Shown here: piece after piece, positions 27,595-37,302 of the stretch
How the letters are laid out: each line of letters begins with the position of its first letter
Numbering within the stretch: position 1 is the stretch's first letter
Assembly (NCBI GenBank): GCA_963664875.1
Contig: OY761611.1
Coordinates: forward strand, 1,568,001-1,632,000
Reading direction: 5' to 3'
DNA length: 64,000 bases
Origin: Candidatus Kapaibacterium sp.
Lineage (GTDB): Bacteria; Bacteroidota; Ignavibacteria; Kapaibacteriales; UBA2268
Notes under the pieces: generated by a model
What the model saw: the letters and a program-made list of their open reading frames with translations, nothing else
The model's database searches: none
What the model was told of the DNA's origin: nothing
Made by a program: the position numbers and the translations under genes

Positions 27595-30500
27595 TTATTT
27601 AACAAGGATCATAGCTTTGGCTGCTGCAGCGCCTTCTGTTTCTACTGTGTAGAAATAAGTGCCGCTGCTTAGGTTATAAGCTGATGCATCCAAATCTATT
27701 CTGTTTTCACCGGCTACTGCCTGTCCGTCGAAGATTACAGCCAATTTACGTCCGTTTGCATCTGTTAATGTTACTTTTACATTTGCTGCAGTTGGTACGT
27801 TAAATTTGATAGTTGTAGAAGTTTCAAACGGGTTAGGTTCGTTTCCAAGTAATTCGTAGCCGCTACCTGCTTGTGCAAATACGCCTGTGTTTGTTTTCTT
27901 AGTTACTGTAACTTCTGATACAGCTGATTTAGTCATACCGCAATCATTTGTAGCTACGCAATAGTATTCGCCTGCATCTGCATATTTCACTACGTCAACA
28001 TTATAAATTGCTTCTGTAGCACCTGCGATTGCTGCACCGTCTTTGTACCATTGGTATGCAAGGTCGCTTTCGCTGTCAACCATAACTTCCAATGTCAATA
28101 CTGCATCTGTTTCTACTGTTACGTCTGCTTCAGGATTAGCTGTAAAGATTGGTAATAATTCTACCATCAAAGCAGCTGCTTTAGAAGTAGCTTTTGCACT
28201 TGTACCGTAAAGCATTGCTTCAAGTGTATAGTTACCTGCACGAGCCGGAGTAATATCCATTACTTCCAATTTATTGCTTGTAGCACCTTTGATAGCACCA
28301 CCGTCAACCAATGCTGTTCCGTTGAAGTACCATTGGTATTCTACAGGAATTGTTGCGTCAGTTGATAAAGCAGTACCTTCGAATGTTACATCGCTGCCTT
28401 CGCAAGCGTCTTTATCCATTGGATTCATTGTTATAGATACTGTAGGAACGTCACTGATAGATACTCTTACTGATTCGTCAGTGCCGCATTGACCTTTTAC
28501 GATTACATAGTAATCATTTGATAAGTCTGACATTTCTACATTGTTGATTGTTAGCAATGAAGAATGTGCACCTTGGATTCTATCGTTATCGACTAATTTC
28601 ACATTACCTTTGTACCATTGGAAATCGTGTTGGTAGTAAGGAGGAACTAAGCCTTTCATGTGTGCTTCTACTGATAATGTAGCTGTTTCGCCAATCATTA
28701 CTTGTACTGCTTGTGGCTGACGAGTAATTTTTGTTTCTTGCATTACATAAAGTATAGCTGATTCACTTGTGAAAGTCAATTCGCCACGGCAATCTTCTAC
28801 TAAGATTTCGCAATAGTATTGACCTACGTTGTCAAGGTTTGCATTGTTGATGATAAGCATTGCATCGTCTGCATATTCGTTTTCTGTGATGCTGATGCGT
28901 TTGCCGTCTTTATACCATTGGTATCCATGAATTTCACCAAGACCATTGCCGATAACTGTGAAGTGTACTTCTTCGCCACCGCAAATTACTTGTGATTCAG
29001 GATTTTCAACTAATTCGAATGTTGGAGGTACTTCAAAGTGTACTGCTTCAGTAAACACTTGTAAGTCGTAACATTCTGCGTTACCGATTACTTTACATCT
29101 GTAACCACCTGAGTTAGTTTCGTTTACATTTGTAAGTTTGAAGTTTTGAGTTACAGCTGTTGCATTTTCTTCTGCAGTAATGTCATACCACTGACCACCT
29201 TGGTATTTCTGCCATTGGTAGCCACGAACAGTACCCTGAGCTTCTGCGTAGAATTCTAAGTCCATACCGCCACAAAGGTTTTCAGGTTCGAAGTAGTATT
29301 CCATTCTCTCTTCAGTAACCGGTAAGTAAAGCTCAACTTCTGTTTCTGTATCTGTGTAAAGCACTGAAGGGTATTTAGGTTCGCAAAGTTCGTCACCGAT
29401 AACTTTTGCACGGTATTTACCATCAGCTTCTGCTTTAGTCATTTCTGTAAAATCAAGAGTAAATGTTTTGTTTGTAGCACCTTCGATATCAGTCCACATA
29501 CCGTCGATAAGCTTCTGCCATTGAACGCCAAATTCATTTGTAGTTTCAACACTTAGAGTCAAATCATGGAAGCCTTCGCAACCTATGTATTTTTCTACCA
29601 TGTTTTCGCTAACGATATGAACAGGTTCAACTACAGTAATAGTTTTTGTGCTTGTAGATATTGGCTCTAAATCCATAGCCCAGAAAGAAGCATGGTAAGT
29701 ACCGGCATTTTCTACTGTAAGGTCATTAATAAACAGACGGCTTCCGCTGATAGTGTAGTTATCTGTATCCGTATCTATAATTGGAAGACCATTTTTGTAC
29801 CACTGTGTTTGAACTGCGTTACCAAGAGTTCTTTCGATACCGTCATCAAACTGGCCACCGGCTCCAAAGATAAACTGTACTTGCTGAGTACCTTCGCATA
29901 GACCTGCCGGTTTGTCAGGATCAACAATCAAATCATTAGTTAGAGCCAAAGTAAAGTTAGTAATATCTATACCCATTCTGTTGTTTGTAGCGGTTCTTGT
30001 TTCACCATCCATATCCATTGGAATAGAAACTGCTGTTACAGGAGGGCAAAGCAATTCATCACTGATTGCACCACCACCATTTAAGTGACCATCCCAAGTC
30101 AATGTTACTTCCATTGCTGTAGAGTTAGCATCTTTGCCTGTAGCTTGCCATGAATCAAGATAAGCATAAGTTGTTTTTGTTGATTCATTGTATGCAATAG
30201 CACCCAAAGGAGCATATAAAACGTTATAGTCAGAAGTAGCAATATTTGAGCTATATGCTGCTGTTGAACTAGCATATTTACCCTGATAGATACAATAAGT
30301 TTCTGTACCGCTACCAACCATAGTATTTACAAGAATGTTATTTTTAATAATTGTTCCTGTTGAAGACTGATAGTAAGGATAATCAGTAATACAAGCAGAT
30401 TTACCACCTTGCATACCACCATTAACGAATGGTAAATTCATATTGATTGTATTTTGGTAAATTTCTGTATAGCGTGCGTTATATAACAATATACCGGATG

Positions 30501-31848
30501 GCATACAATAGTAAGAGTAGAAGTAATCATAAGTAGTATAATAATATGGATTAGCCTGCTCTGTGATGTCATGGATATTGTTATGATAAATTCTGTTATA
30601 ATCAGTAACGCCTGTAGTATTGCTTGAGCCATAAACTAATATACCTGCAGTATAGTAACTGTAAGTTCCTGTACCTGTATAAGGTTTGATTAGATTATAG
30701 ATGTGGTTGTCGTGAATATCAGAGTTACCAACATAGCCTAACCACATACCAACATTATATGTGTATTGGTAGTCATATCCTTTACAGTCAATATTACTTA
30801 TGGTATTACCATAAATGTCATAAGTTCCTGTATAATTTGGATCGCGATAGATATATAAACCGTATTGGCCAATACGATCAATTGTGTTATTTGCAATTTC
30901 TGTCTGCAAAGTTGAACGGTTATAATAAATATACATACCATACTGAACCTGGCGGATATTGTTGTTGTTGAACTCCAAAGATCCTTCAGGATAATAACAC
31001 ATTAGACCATAGTATGGATAGTAGTAAGATGCGTTATAAGTCAAGCTACCGATTACAGTATTACCATCAAAAACACCATTTTGTACATAGTAATTGTACA
31101 AAGCATAGTACATATAACCGTCTTGTGCGTCAACTGTATTGTTCAGTAAATTCAAATTCCCAACATAATACAGATATGAGCCACAGTACATATAAGGAGC
31201 ATCAAACAAGTTATTAGAAACTGTGATATTAAGCTGTCTTGTAGTAGGTTGGCCATAAATATAAATACCATAATAAGCTTTGTCAAAAAGGTTGTTATGG
31301 ATAGTTACATTTTGAGAATACCCATCAGAATAATACATTCTAACACCATTACAAGAGCTCGATGGATTTCCTGTCAAAGGACCTGCAGAGATTCTACAGT
31401 TTTGAACATCGATACCATTATTTGAGCCTTTGAATTTCACACCGATTGCAGAGCTGTTTGTGTTATGAATCCAAAGAGATCTGTCAGAACCTTCACCACC
31501 TTGGCTACCATCTAAGACTACATTTGTACAACCGTTAAATTCGATGATACCCGCACTTGATAGTGAACCTTCGATAGTATATTCACCTGTAGGGTAAATA
31601 GTAACTGAGCCGGAAGTACCGAAAGAGTTAAGAGTAGCTGCTGCAGTAAGCGTTTGGTCGCTTATGATTTGCAACTGTACATCACCGCTGATACCATTAG
31701 TATTGATGGCATCGAAAGCTAATTTGATATTAGCGTAATCACCGCCGGTACCGACTGTTTTTGTACCGGAAATTGCTTGCCCGAAGAGTTGGGTGCCTGA
31801 TAAGAACACCATTACAAGTAGAGCAAAAATAGAGGATAAACGTTTCAT
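27595..31848 (-). CDS. Large secreted protein, paralogue B: Tyr-rich beta-helix, Ig-like domains, T9SS-type CTD
   Basis: Same architecture as paralogue A; likely start ATG 31848 (MKRLSS) after GGAG. Confidence 0.88.
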   Translation of the reverse strand: MKRLSSIFALLVMVFLSGTQLFGQAISGTKTVGTGGDYANIKLAFDAINTNGISGDVQLQIISDQTLTAAATLNSFGTSGSVTIYPTGEYTIEGSLSSAGIIEFNGCTNVVLDGSQGGEGSDRSLWIHNTNSSAIGVKFKGSNNGIDVQNCRISAGPLTGNPSSSCNGVRMYYSDGYSQNVTIHNNLFDKAYYGIYIYGQPTTRQLNITVSNNLFDAPYMYCGSYLYYVGNLNLLNNTVDAQDGYMYYALYNYYVQNGVFDGNTVIGSLTYNASYYYPYYGLMCYYPEGSLEFNNNNIRQVQYGMYIYYNRSTLQTEIANNTIDRIGQYGLYIYRDPNYTGTYDIYGNTISNIDCKGYDYQYTYNVGMWLGYVGNSDIHDNHIYNLIKPYTGTGTYSYYTAGILVYGSSNTTGVTDYNRIYHNNIHDITEQANPYYYTTYDYFYSYYCMPSGILLYNARYTEIYQNTINMNLPFVNGGMQGGKSACITDYPYYQSSTGTIIKNNILVNTMVGSGTETYCIYQGKYASSTAAYSSNIATSDYNVLYAPLGAIAYNESTKTTYAYLDSWQATGKDANSTAMEVTLTWDGHLNGGGAISDELLCPPVTAVSIPMDMDGETRTATNNRMGIDITNFTLALTNDLIVDPDKPAGLCEGTQQVQFIFGAGGQFDDGIERTLGNAVQTQWYKNGLPIIDTDTDNYTISGSRLFINDLTVENAGTYHASFWAMDLEPISTSTKTITVVEPVHIVSENMVEKYIGCEGFHDLTLSVETTNEFGVQWQKLIDGMWTDIEGATNKTFTLDFTEMTKAEADGKYRAKVIGDELCEPKYPSVLYTDTETEVELYLPVTEERMEYYFEPENLCGGMDLEFYAEAQGTVRGYQWQKYQGGQWYDITAEENATAVTQNFKLTNVNETNSGGYRCKVIGNAECYDLQVFTEAVHFEVPPTFELVENPESQVICGGEEVHFTVIGNGLGEIHGYQWYKDGKRISITENEYADDAMLIINNANLDNVGQYYCEILVEDCRGELTFTSESAILYVMQETKITRQPQAVQVMIGETATLSVEAHMKGLVPPYYQHDFQWYKGNVKLVDNDRIQGAHSSLLTINNVEMSDLSNDYYVIVKGQCGTDESVRVSISDVPTVSITMNPMDKDACEGSDVTFEGTALSTDATIPVEYQWYFNGTALVDGGAIKGATSNKLEVMDITPARAGNYTLEAMLYGTSAKATSKAAALMVELLPIFTANPEADVTVETDAVLTLEVMVDSESDLAYQWYKDGAAIAGATEAIYNVDVVKYADAGEYYCVATNDCGMTKSAVSEVTVTKKTNTGVFAQAGSGYELLGNEPNPFETSTTIKFNVPTAANVKVTLTDANGRKLAVIFDGQAVAGENRIDLDASAYNLSSGTYFYTVETEGAAAAKAMILVK

Positions 31849-31913
31849 AACGAACTCCAATAAAGTTTAAAAAGATAGCATATATTGTATAAGTATCATT
31901 CCTTTTTCACGAC

Positions 31914-31974
31914 TTCTGACAATATAAGAACTTTATACAATATTTACAACGTTACAAAACGGATTTTTATTATA
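31914..31974 (-). promoter_or_regulatory. Sigma70-type promoter of paralogue B
   Basis: Minus strand TTGTAA (31949-31944), 17-nt spacer, TATATT (31926-31921); upstream TATAATAAAAATC..TTTGTAACG shared with paralogue A. Confidence 0.7.
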
Positions 31975-32478
31975 GAAATTTATCATTTCTAAAGTCTTAC
32001 AATTATCGCTTTGACATTTTCGTATAATTAATATTATCGCTTGACAAAAGAGAAAGTTTTTACTACATATTTAAAACTTATTTTCGCAAACAGCACCATT
32101 TATTGAAGCAGCTAATATTGCTCAAATAGTGGCTAAATTTCTATAAATAATCACTTTTATTGTAATATATTGTATTAGCAACTCCATATTTTTGCCAATT
32201 CAAATTATGATTTATACTTTGAGAATAGGATATAGATTTTTTTGAGGGAAGTATGCTTAAAAGCACTATTTTATTATTAGCTTTTATAGCTGTTACTTTT
32301 GGTGTTGAATTTTTTTTATATTTTTTTTGAACAATTTTATTCAAAGTGATTATTGGCTACTTTTGGTAAGATATTAAATCTGTTTTGTGGGTTTATGCTA
32401 TGACTTGGCAACTTTATCGAATCATTATTTTTTGTTTTACATGGGTTTTGCTTATTTCCGTAATCTCAGTAACCCTAT

Positions 32479-32511
32479 AAAAATGCCCTGACCGATTTCC
32501 CGGCAGGGCAT
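32479..32511 (-). terminator. Intrinsic terminator with no intact gene upstream
   Basis: Minus strand ATGCCCTG-CCG-GGAAAT-CGG-T-CAGGGCAT-TTTT. Confidence 0.75.
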
Positions 32512-32554
32512 AATAATAATCCACACTAATTGTACTGTTTATTTGAATAATGGA

Positions 32555-32623
32555 CTATTTGACTAAGATCATTGATTTTGCAGCTTTGTTTTGAGGCTGA
32601 ACTCTTTCATATCATAATAACAT
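32555..32623 (-). pseudogene. Remnant of a third paralogue of the large secreted proteins
   Basis: GGAG RBS, then in-frame M L L stop Y E R V Q P Q N K A A K S M I L V K stop; the end matches AAAKAMILVK of paralogues A/B; downstream CTAATTGTACTGT (32526-32538) is identical to 22708-22720. Confidence 0.65.
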
Positions 32624-32750
32624 GGTTTTATACTCCATAAGTAAAATTTAAACAAGAAACATTATCAACTTTATTATTCTCTTTTTTCCTCAATTTATTT
32701 ATATTGTTTGCGATAGTGTGACAAAACAATTTATACTATAAGGTCAATCT

Positions 32751-33488
32751 ATGAACATTTGGAATTTAGAAGGCAGTACAGCGCTTGTAACCGGTGGCTC
32801 TAAGGGTATAGGCAAAGCTATCTGTGAAGTTTTTGCAGGCTTAGGTGCTACTGTATTTAGGGTGGCACGCAACACAGATGAGTCAAATGATGCTAACATA
32901 ATCAATATCTCTGCAGATATTACTACTCAAGATGGTATAAACAAAATAATGTCTGTACTCAATGATAAAGGCGGCAGACTGGATATACTTGTTAATAATG
33001 CAGGTACAAATATCAGAAAGAGAACAACAGACTTTGAAGACAGCGAAGTCGATTTCCTCTTTGAAACTAATTTTAAAGCTGCTTATAAACTCTGCAAAGA
33101 GTGCTATCCATTACTATCAAAATCGGATTATCCATCTATAATTAATATTGGCTCTCTCGCCGGCAAGCAGATAGTCAAAACAGGTGCGCCTTATGCTACT
33201 GCTAAGGCTGCTCTATCTCATCTTACCCGCTATCTATCGGTTGAGTGGGCAAAAGAGAAAATTCGGGTTAATGCGATAGAACCATGGTACATCGAAACGC
33301 CTCTGACCAAACCGGTTTTGGAGAATGAAGCGGCATTAGCGAAAATTTTGGACAGGACTCCATTGCAAAGAGTAGGCACTCCTGAGGAAATAGCAAATAC
33401 AGCTGCTTTCCTTGCGATGGGTGCTTCTTCCTATATTAGCGGACAGGTGATAGCAGTTGATGGAGCTGCAGGTATTTATATGTTTTAA
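32751..33488 (+). CDS. SDR oxidoreductase (tropinone reductase-like)
   Basis: TGGSKGIG, NNAGTNIRK, YATAK, IRVNAIEPWYI. Confidence 0.92.
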   Translation: MNIWNLEGSTALVTGGSKGIGKAICEVFAGLGATVFRVARNTDESNDANIINISADITTQDGINKIMSVLNDKGGRLDILVNNAGTNIRKRTTDFEDSEVDFLFETNFKAAYKLCKECYPLLSKSDYPSIINIGSLAGKQIVKTGAPYATAKAALSHLTRYLSVEWAKEKIRVNAIEPWYIETPLTKPVLENEAALAKILDRTPLQRVGTPEEIANTAAFLAMGASSYISGQVIAVDGAAGIYMF

Positions 33489-33506
33489 ATTTATACAAGA
33501 TAGTTA

Positions 33507-34268
33507 ATGATAAAATTTTTTGTAGTATTACTCCTTACTATATCAACGTACTCTGCTGTAGCACAGGTTAATACAGAAAAGCTAAGAAACGATGCACACG
33601 ATAGCGGTTTGTTTGCAGATTTCGATATTTCCGGAACTTTCACATCCGGCAATTCGGAATTTGTGAGATTCAATACAGGAGTGAGATTAGATTATATTGG
33701 ATCTGTTACTAATTCTTTTTTGATAGCAAAATTGGATTATAAAGAGGCTGATAACTCGATTTTGGTTAACAAGGGCTTTGTTCATTTAAGAAGTGCTCAT
33801 AGCTTAGCCGCACGCACTAAAATTGAGATATTTCTGCAAAAAGAATTCAACGAGTTTATTTCTCTGAAAGATAGAAATCTTGGCGGAGCCGGTTTTAGAT
33901 TTTTAATAGCAGAAAATAAAACTGATTCTTCGGCTGTGTCTTTTGCTTTTGGAGCCGGTCTGATGTATGAGGACGAAGATTTTAATGACAATGTTAAGGA
34001 AGATGCCGGTTTGGTGAGATCCACAAATTATCTCTCTTTAAATTGGAATATAGATAAACTCTTTTCTATCAAATCCGTCTCTTACTATCAAGTAGATGTA
34101 AGTAATTTTGACAATTACAGAGTGCTAAACGAATCAGATTTTTCAGTTAAAATATTCAAGAATCTGAGACTCTTTATGGGCTTGGAATATAGATACGACA
34201 GTCAGCCACCAATTGATGTAAAAAACTTCGATTTAGAAATAGTAAACGGAATAAGATTAACCCTTTAG
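33507..34268 (+). CDS. DUF481-like outer-membrane beta-barrel protein
   Basis: Signal peptide, QVNTEKLR, SGNSE, amphipathic strands, YDSQPP near the C-terminus. Confidence 0.75.
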   Translation: MIKFFVVLLLTISTYSAVAQVNTEKLRNDAHDSGLFADFDISGTFTSGNSEFVRFNTGVRLDYIGSVTNSFLIAKLDYKEADNSILVNKGFVHLRSAHSLAARTKIEIFLQKEFNEFISLKDRNLGGAGFRFLIAENKTDSSAVSFAFGAGLMYEDEDFNDNVKEDAGLVRSTNYLSLNWNIDKLFSIKSVSYYQVDVSNFDNYRVLNESDFSVKIFKNLRLFMGLEYRYDSQPPIDVKNFDLEIVNGIRLTL

Positions 34269-34279
34269 GATTATTTTTT

Positions 34280-34639
34280 ATGGATATAGAATCTTTAAGA
34301 GAATACTGTTTATCAAAAAAAGGAACAAGTGAAGATTTTCCTTTTGATGAGACTACTTTATGCTTTAGAGTCGGAGGCAAAATATTTTGCATAACTGATA
34401 CACATTCTCTTCCTTTTTCATTCAATTTGAAGTGTGACCCTGAGTGGGCTGTTTCTCTAAGAGAGCAATATGACAATATTCAGCCGGGCTGGCACATGAA
34501 TAAGAAGCATTGGAACACTGTTCAGCCTGATGAAGCAATTCCTTTTGAGCTTCTTAGACAAATGATAGATGAATCCTACAATCTTGTATTTAAAAGTCTA
34601 AAAAAAGCAGACCGAGATAAAATTTTGTCGGAAGATTAG
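34280..34639 (+). CDS. MmcQ/YjbR family DNA-binding protein
   Basis: EDFPFD, VGGKIF, NLKCDPE, PGWHMNKKHWN. Confidence 0.93.
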   Translation: MDIESLREYCLSKKGTSEDFPFDETTLCFRVGGKIFCITDTHSLPFSFNLKCDPEWAVSLREQYDNIQPGWHMNKKHWNTVQPDEAIPFELLRQMIDESYNLVFKSLKKADRDKILSED

Positions 34640-34737
34640 AGACGCACTTATAAGTTAGACTTTCTTTGATTGAATTTATAATTTAATCTGGACATCTGCG
34701 TTTGTCCAATTTGAACTTAATCAGGAGATATAATATT

Positions 34738-34974
34738 ATGGCAGACACATTATTCGATAGAGTAAACGAAGTCATCGAAAAAGATATTAAACATTTTATC
34801 GAAGCAGACGGTGGCTATATCAATCTAAACAGAGTAGAAGACGGTATAGTTTATGTAACTCTTGCCGGCGCTTGTGCTACATGCCCTGCAGCAAGTATGA
34901 CTTTACGTGGCGGTGTAGAAAGAATCCTAAAAAGCAAAATAGATGAGATTCTTGCTGTAGAAATGGGAGAATAA
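34738..34974 (+). CDS. NifU/NfuA C-terminal domain Fe-S carrier
   Basis: DGG...GACATCPAASMTL; ATG 34738 after AGGAG. Confidence 0.9.
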   Translation: MADTLFDRVNEVIEKDIKHFIEADGGYINLNRVEDGIVYVTLAGACATCPAASMTLRGGVERILKSKIDEILAVEMGE

Positions 34975-35005
34975 TCCCAAAAAGAGATGTCTTATAACGC
35001 ATTAT

Positions 35006-35056
35006 AAAAAAACTCCTACTTTGCAATGGATGCTATAAGAGTAGGAGTTTTTTTTA
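35006..35056. terminator. Bidirectional terminator between nifU-like gene and nuoB
   Basis: AAAAAACTCCTACT...AGTAGGAGTTTTTT. Confidence 0.8.
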
Positions 35057-35074
35057 TATTTATTTTGCAAAGAA

Positions 35075-35641
35075 TTAGATGATAATCTTCGCATTATCAG
35101 AATCAAAGTAAGCAGCTTCTTTGTTTGGTAAAGGCATCTTAGAAACATCTTTACCAAAGTTGGCTATATCAGGTCTGTGTACTTTTTGAATTTTTTCCTG
35201 AATAGTCATAAGCCCTTTTATTACAGCTTCCGGTCTTGGCGGGCAACCTGCTACATAAACATCAACAGGTAAAAATTCATCAATACCCTGCACTACAGGA
35301 TAGCTTCTGAACATACCGCCGGAAGAAGCACAAACGCCCATAGCCATTACCCATTTAGGGTCAGGCATCTGGTCATAAATTTTTCTAACTACCCAAGCCA
35401 TTTTATAAGTAACCGTGCCGGCTACAATTAAGAAATCAGATTGGCGAGGAGTCATACGAAAAACCTCAGATCCGAAGCGGGCTACGTCAAAACGAGAAGA
35501 AGCAAACGCCATCATTTCGATACCGCAGCATGAAATGCCAAGCGGCATAGGCCATGCGGAGTTTTTCTGAGCCCATTTAAGAACCTGTCCGAAGGATGTG
35601 GTCAGGAAGCCATCTCTTTCCAAAGTTTCATTTAGTCCCAA
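35075..35641 (-). CDS. nuoB: NADH-quinone oxidoreductase subunit B
   Basis: [33 protein letters not shown]; likely TTG start at 35641 (MGLNETL) after AGGAGG, overlapping the nuoA stop. Confidence 0.95.
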   Translation of the reverse strand: MGLNETLERDGFLTTSFGQVLKWAQKNSAWPMPLGISCCGIEMMAFASSRFDVARFGSEVFRMTPRQSDFLIVAGTVTYKMAWVVRKIYDQMPDPKWVMAMGVCASSGGMFRSYPVVQGIDEFLPVDVYVAGCPPRPEAVIKGLMTIQEKIQKVHRPDIANFGKDVSKMPLPNKEAAYFDSDNAKIII

Positions 35642-35988
35642 TTCAAGCCTCCTTTCTTCAATTCCCAAAAATATCCTAAGAATAAAATCACGATAAATAC
35701 AGTCATAGCCCAAAATGCGGTTAGTCCCATATCTCCGAGGCTTACTGCCCAAGGGTACATGAAGACTACTTCTATATCAAACACAATGAATGATACTGCT
35801 ACCATATAGAACTTAACGGAAAATCTATCCCTGGCAGTGCCTACAGGTTCCATACCGCTTTCGTAAGTTGTAACTTTGCCCGGAGTGCCTCTTCGAGCTC
35901 CTAACCATTCGGATAGTAGAAGAAACAAACCCGCTACAGCAAAGCCAACTATCAACATGATAATTAATGGTAAGTATTCGCCTAACAT
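35632..35988 (-). CDS. nuoA: NADH-quinone oxidoreductase subunit A
   Basis: [29 protein letters not shown]. Confidence 0.96.
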   Translation of the reverse strand: MLGEYLPLIIMLIVGFAVAGLFLLLSEWLGARRGTPGKVTTYESGMEPVGTARDRFSVKFYMVAVSFIVFDIEVVFMYPWAVSLGDMGLTAFWAMTVFIVILFLGYFWELKKGGLNWD

Positions 35989-36010
35989 AATGCTTTCTCT
36001 AAAAATAAAA

Positions 36011-36074
36011 TACTCTGATAGAACAACACGCTACAAAACCGTTTTTGTTGTATAAATATTGTTCTATCAGAGTA
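36011..36074. other. 16-bp perfect inverted repeat between the LysE gene and nuoA
   Basis: TACTCTGATAGAACAA (36011-36026) / TTGTTCTATCAGAGTA (36059-36074). Confidence 0.8.
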
Positions 36075-36091
36075 AAAAAATATTGGTAAAT

Positions 36092-36826
36092 CTACAGAGC
36101 AAAAATTAGTCTTAATACCTCAGCACCCTTTTGAGCAAGGAATTTATATCCTAAAAATGTGCCAAAGCCAATGAATGTAAATCCTGTAAATTGACGGATT
36201 TTACCAAGTAGCTTCGGAGACATTCTGTCTTTGTAACGGATAATAATTTTAACTAAGGTGTAGAGCCAAGCAAAATTACCTAATCCAAATCCTATAGAAA
36301 ACATTAGGCTGCTGATAGCATTTACATCGTACAAATTGTGATCCAATGCATAAGATTTCACAGCAGAAACTATAAAAGTCAAAGAAGGCAAAAATGTAGG
36401 ATTAGGGATGTTTGTTAGTGCTATGGCAATACCTAAAAGGAAAGGACCTTTGTTTTTGAGGTATCTGATAATTTTTGAGTTAGAATATTCAGCGGGGTTT
36501 TGCAAAACCTCTCCGCTTTGGGAGTCTGTTTTTCTGACATTAAAAATGCCATATATAAAAAGAGCTATTATTATTGCGATTTGAACAAACAAGTATAAGT
36601 TCGGATAGTCATCAGTAAATCCCCCCAATGCGGCTTGGACAGCAGTAGCCATAGACATAGCGAAAACACAGAAGATGAAATCCATAAATCCTGTGCCCAA
36701 TGCTAAGTGAGTCCCGGCTTTACTGCCTTTATTGACCCCCATATTTATTGCCATTACTCCGACCGGCCCCGGCGGCATCGCCAGGAAAAAGCCTGTCAAA
36801 AATCCGGCTAATATGGCTATAATCAA
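36092..36826 (-). CDS. LysE family transporter
   Basis: AMPPGPVG, GTGFMDF and TNIPNP motifs; about six TM segments. Confidence 0.85.
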   Translation of the reverse strand: MIIAILAGFLTGFFLAMPPGPVGVMAINMGVNKGSKAGTHLALGTGFMDFIFCVFAMSMATAVQAALGGFTDDYPNLYLFVQIAIIIALFIYGIFNVRKTDSQSGEVLQNPAEYSNSKIIRYLKNKGPFLLGIAIALTNIPNPTFLPSLTFIVSAVKSYALDHNLYDVNAISSLMFSIGFGLGNFAWLYTLVKIIIRYKDRMSPKLLGKIRQFTGFTFIGFGTFLGYKFLAQKGAEVLRLIFAL

Positions 36827-37302
36827 TTGAACCTCGATATGTTTTTAATATATTTGATGCGTAAATAAAAGCAAAATCGCTTTTTATTTATACTATTTTG
36901 TATCGGCTTTTAGCCCATACTGTTTAATATATTCCACACAATATATAGAATGACAGTGTAATAACCAAAAAATTACACAAATTATTTTACACAATCTTCA
37001 TAACACATTGATATATATAGCTATTATGATTGTAAAAAATATTTAACATTTTTTGCTTTTTAGCATTGCCTTGCACTTTGTTTTAGATTATCCTGTTTGT
37101 TTTTCGTAAATTTATCTTGAAATATTACGTCGAAAGAATAAAAAGAGTGGCATACGAAGCATCACGAAGTGGAAAATGATTCCACTTCATTTAAAGCAAA
37201 ACTATCAGCTCTTGAATTCTGCTATCTTCCAAAGCGAAACTCAAAAGCATATTCTTCGACTCTACCAGGCAAAAGATTTTATCCAAATAGAAAGAAAACA
37301 AT

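Noticed and set aside
22740-31848. Diversity-generating retroelement acting on the paralogues
   Set aside because: No reverse transcriptase or non-coding template repeat in the window; the differences include indels and all bases over ~1 kb rather than adenine-specific changes in a short region. A remote DGR cannot be excluded.
32612-32614. TGA recoding (selenocysteine or alternative genetic code) in the 23-codon remnant
   Set aside because: TGA is a normal stop elsewhere (rlmD) and no SECIS-like context is evident; pseudogene decay is simpler.
37100-37302. Purine/ZTP riboswitch or leader ORF upstream of purC
   Set aside because: Only one short hairpin (GAAGTGGAA-AATGA-TTCCACTTC) and a ~49-codon ORF without other support; no riboswitch consensus that I recognise.
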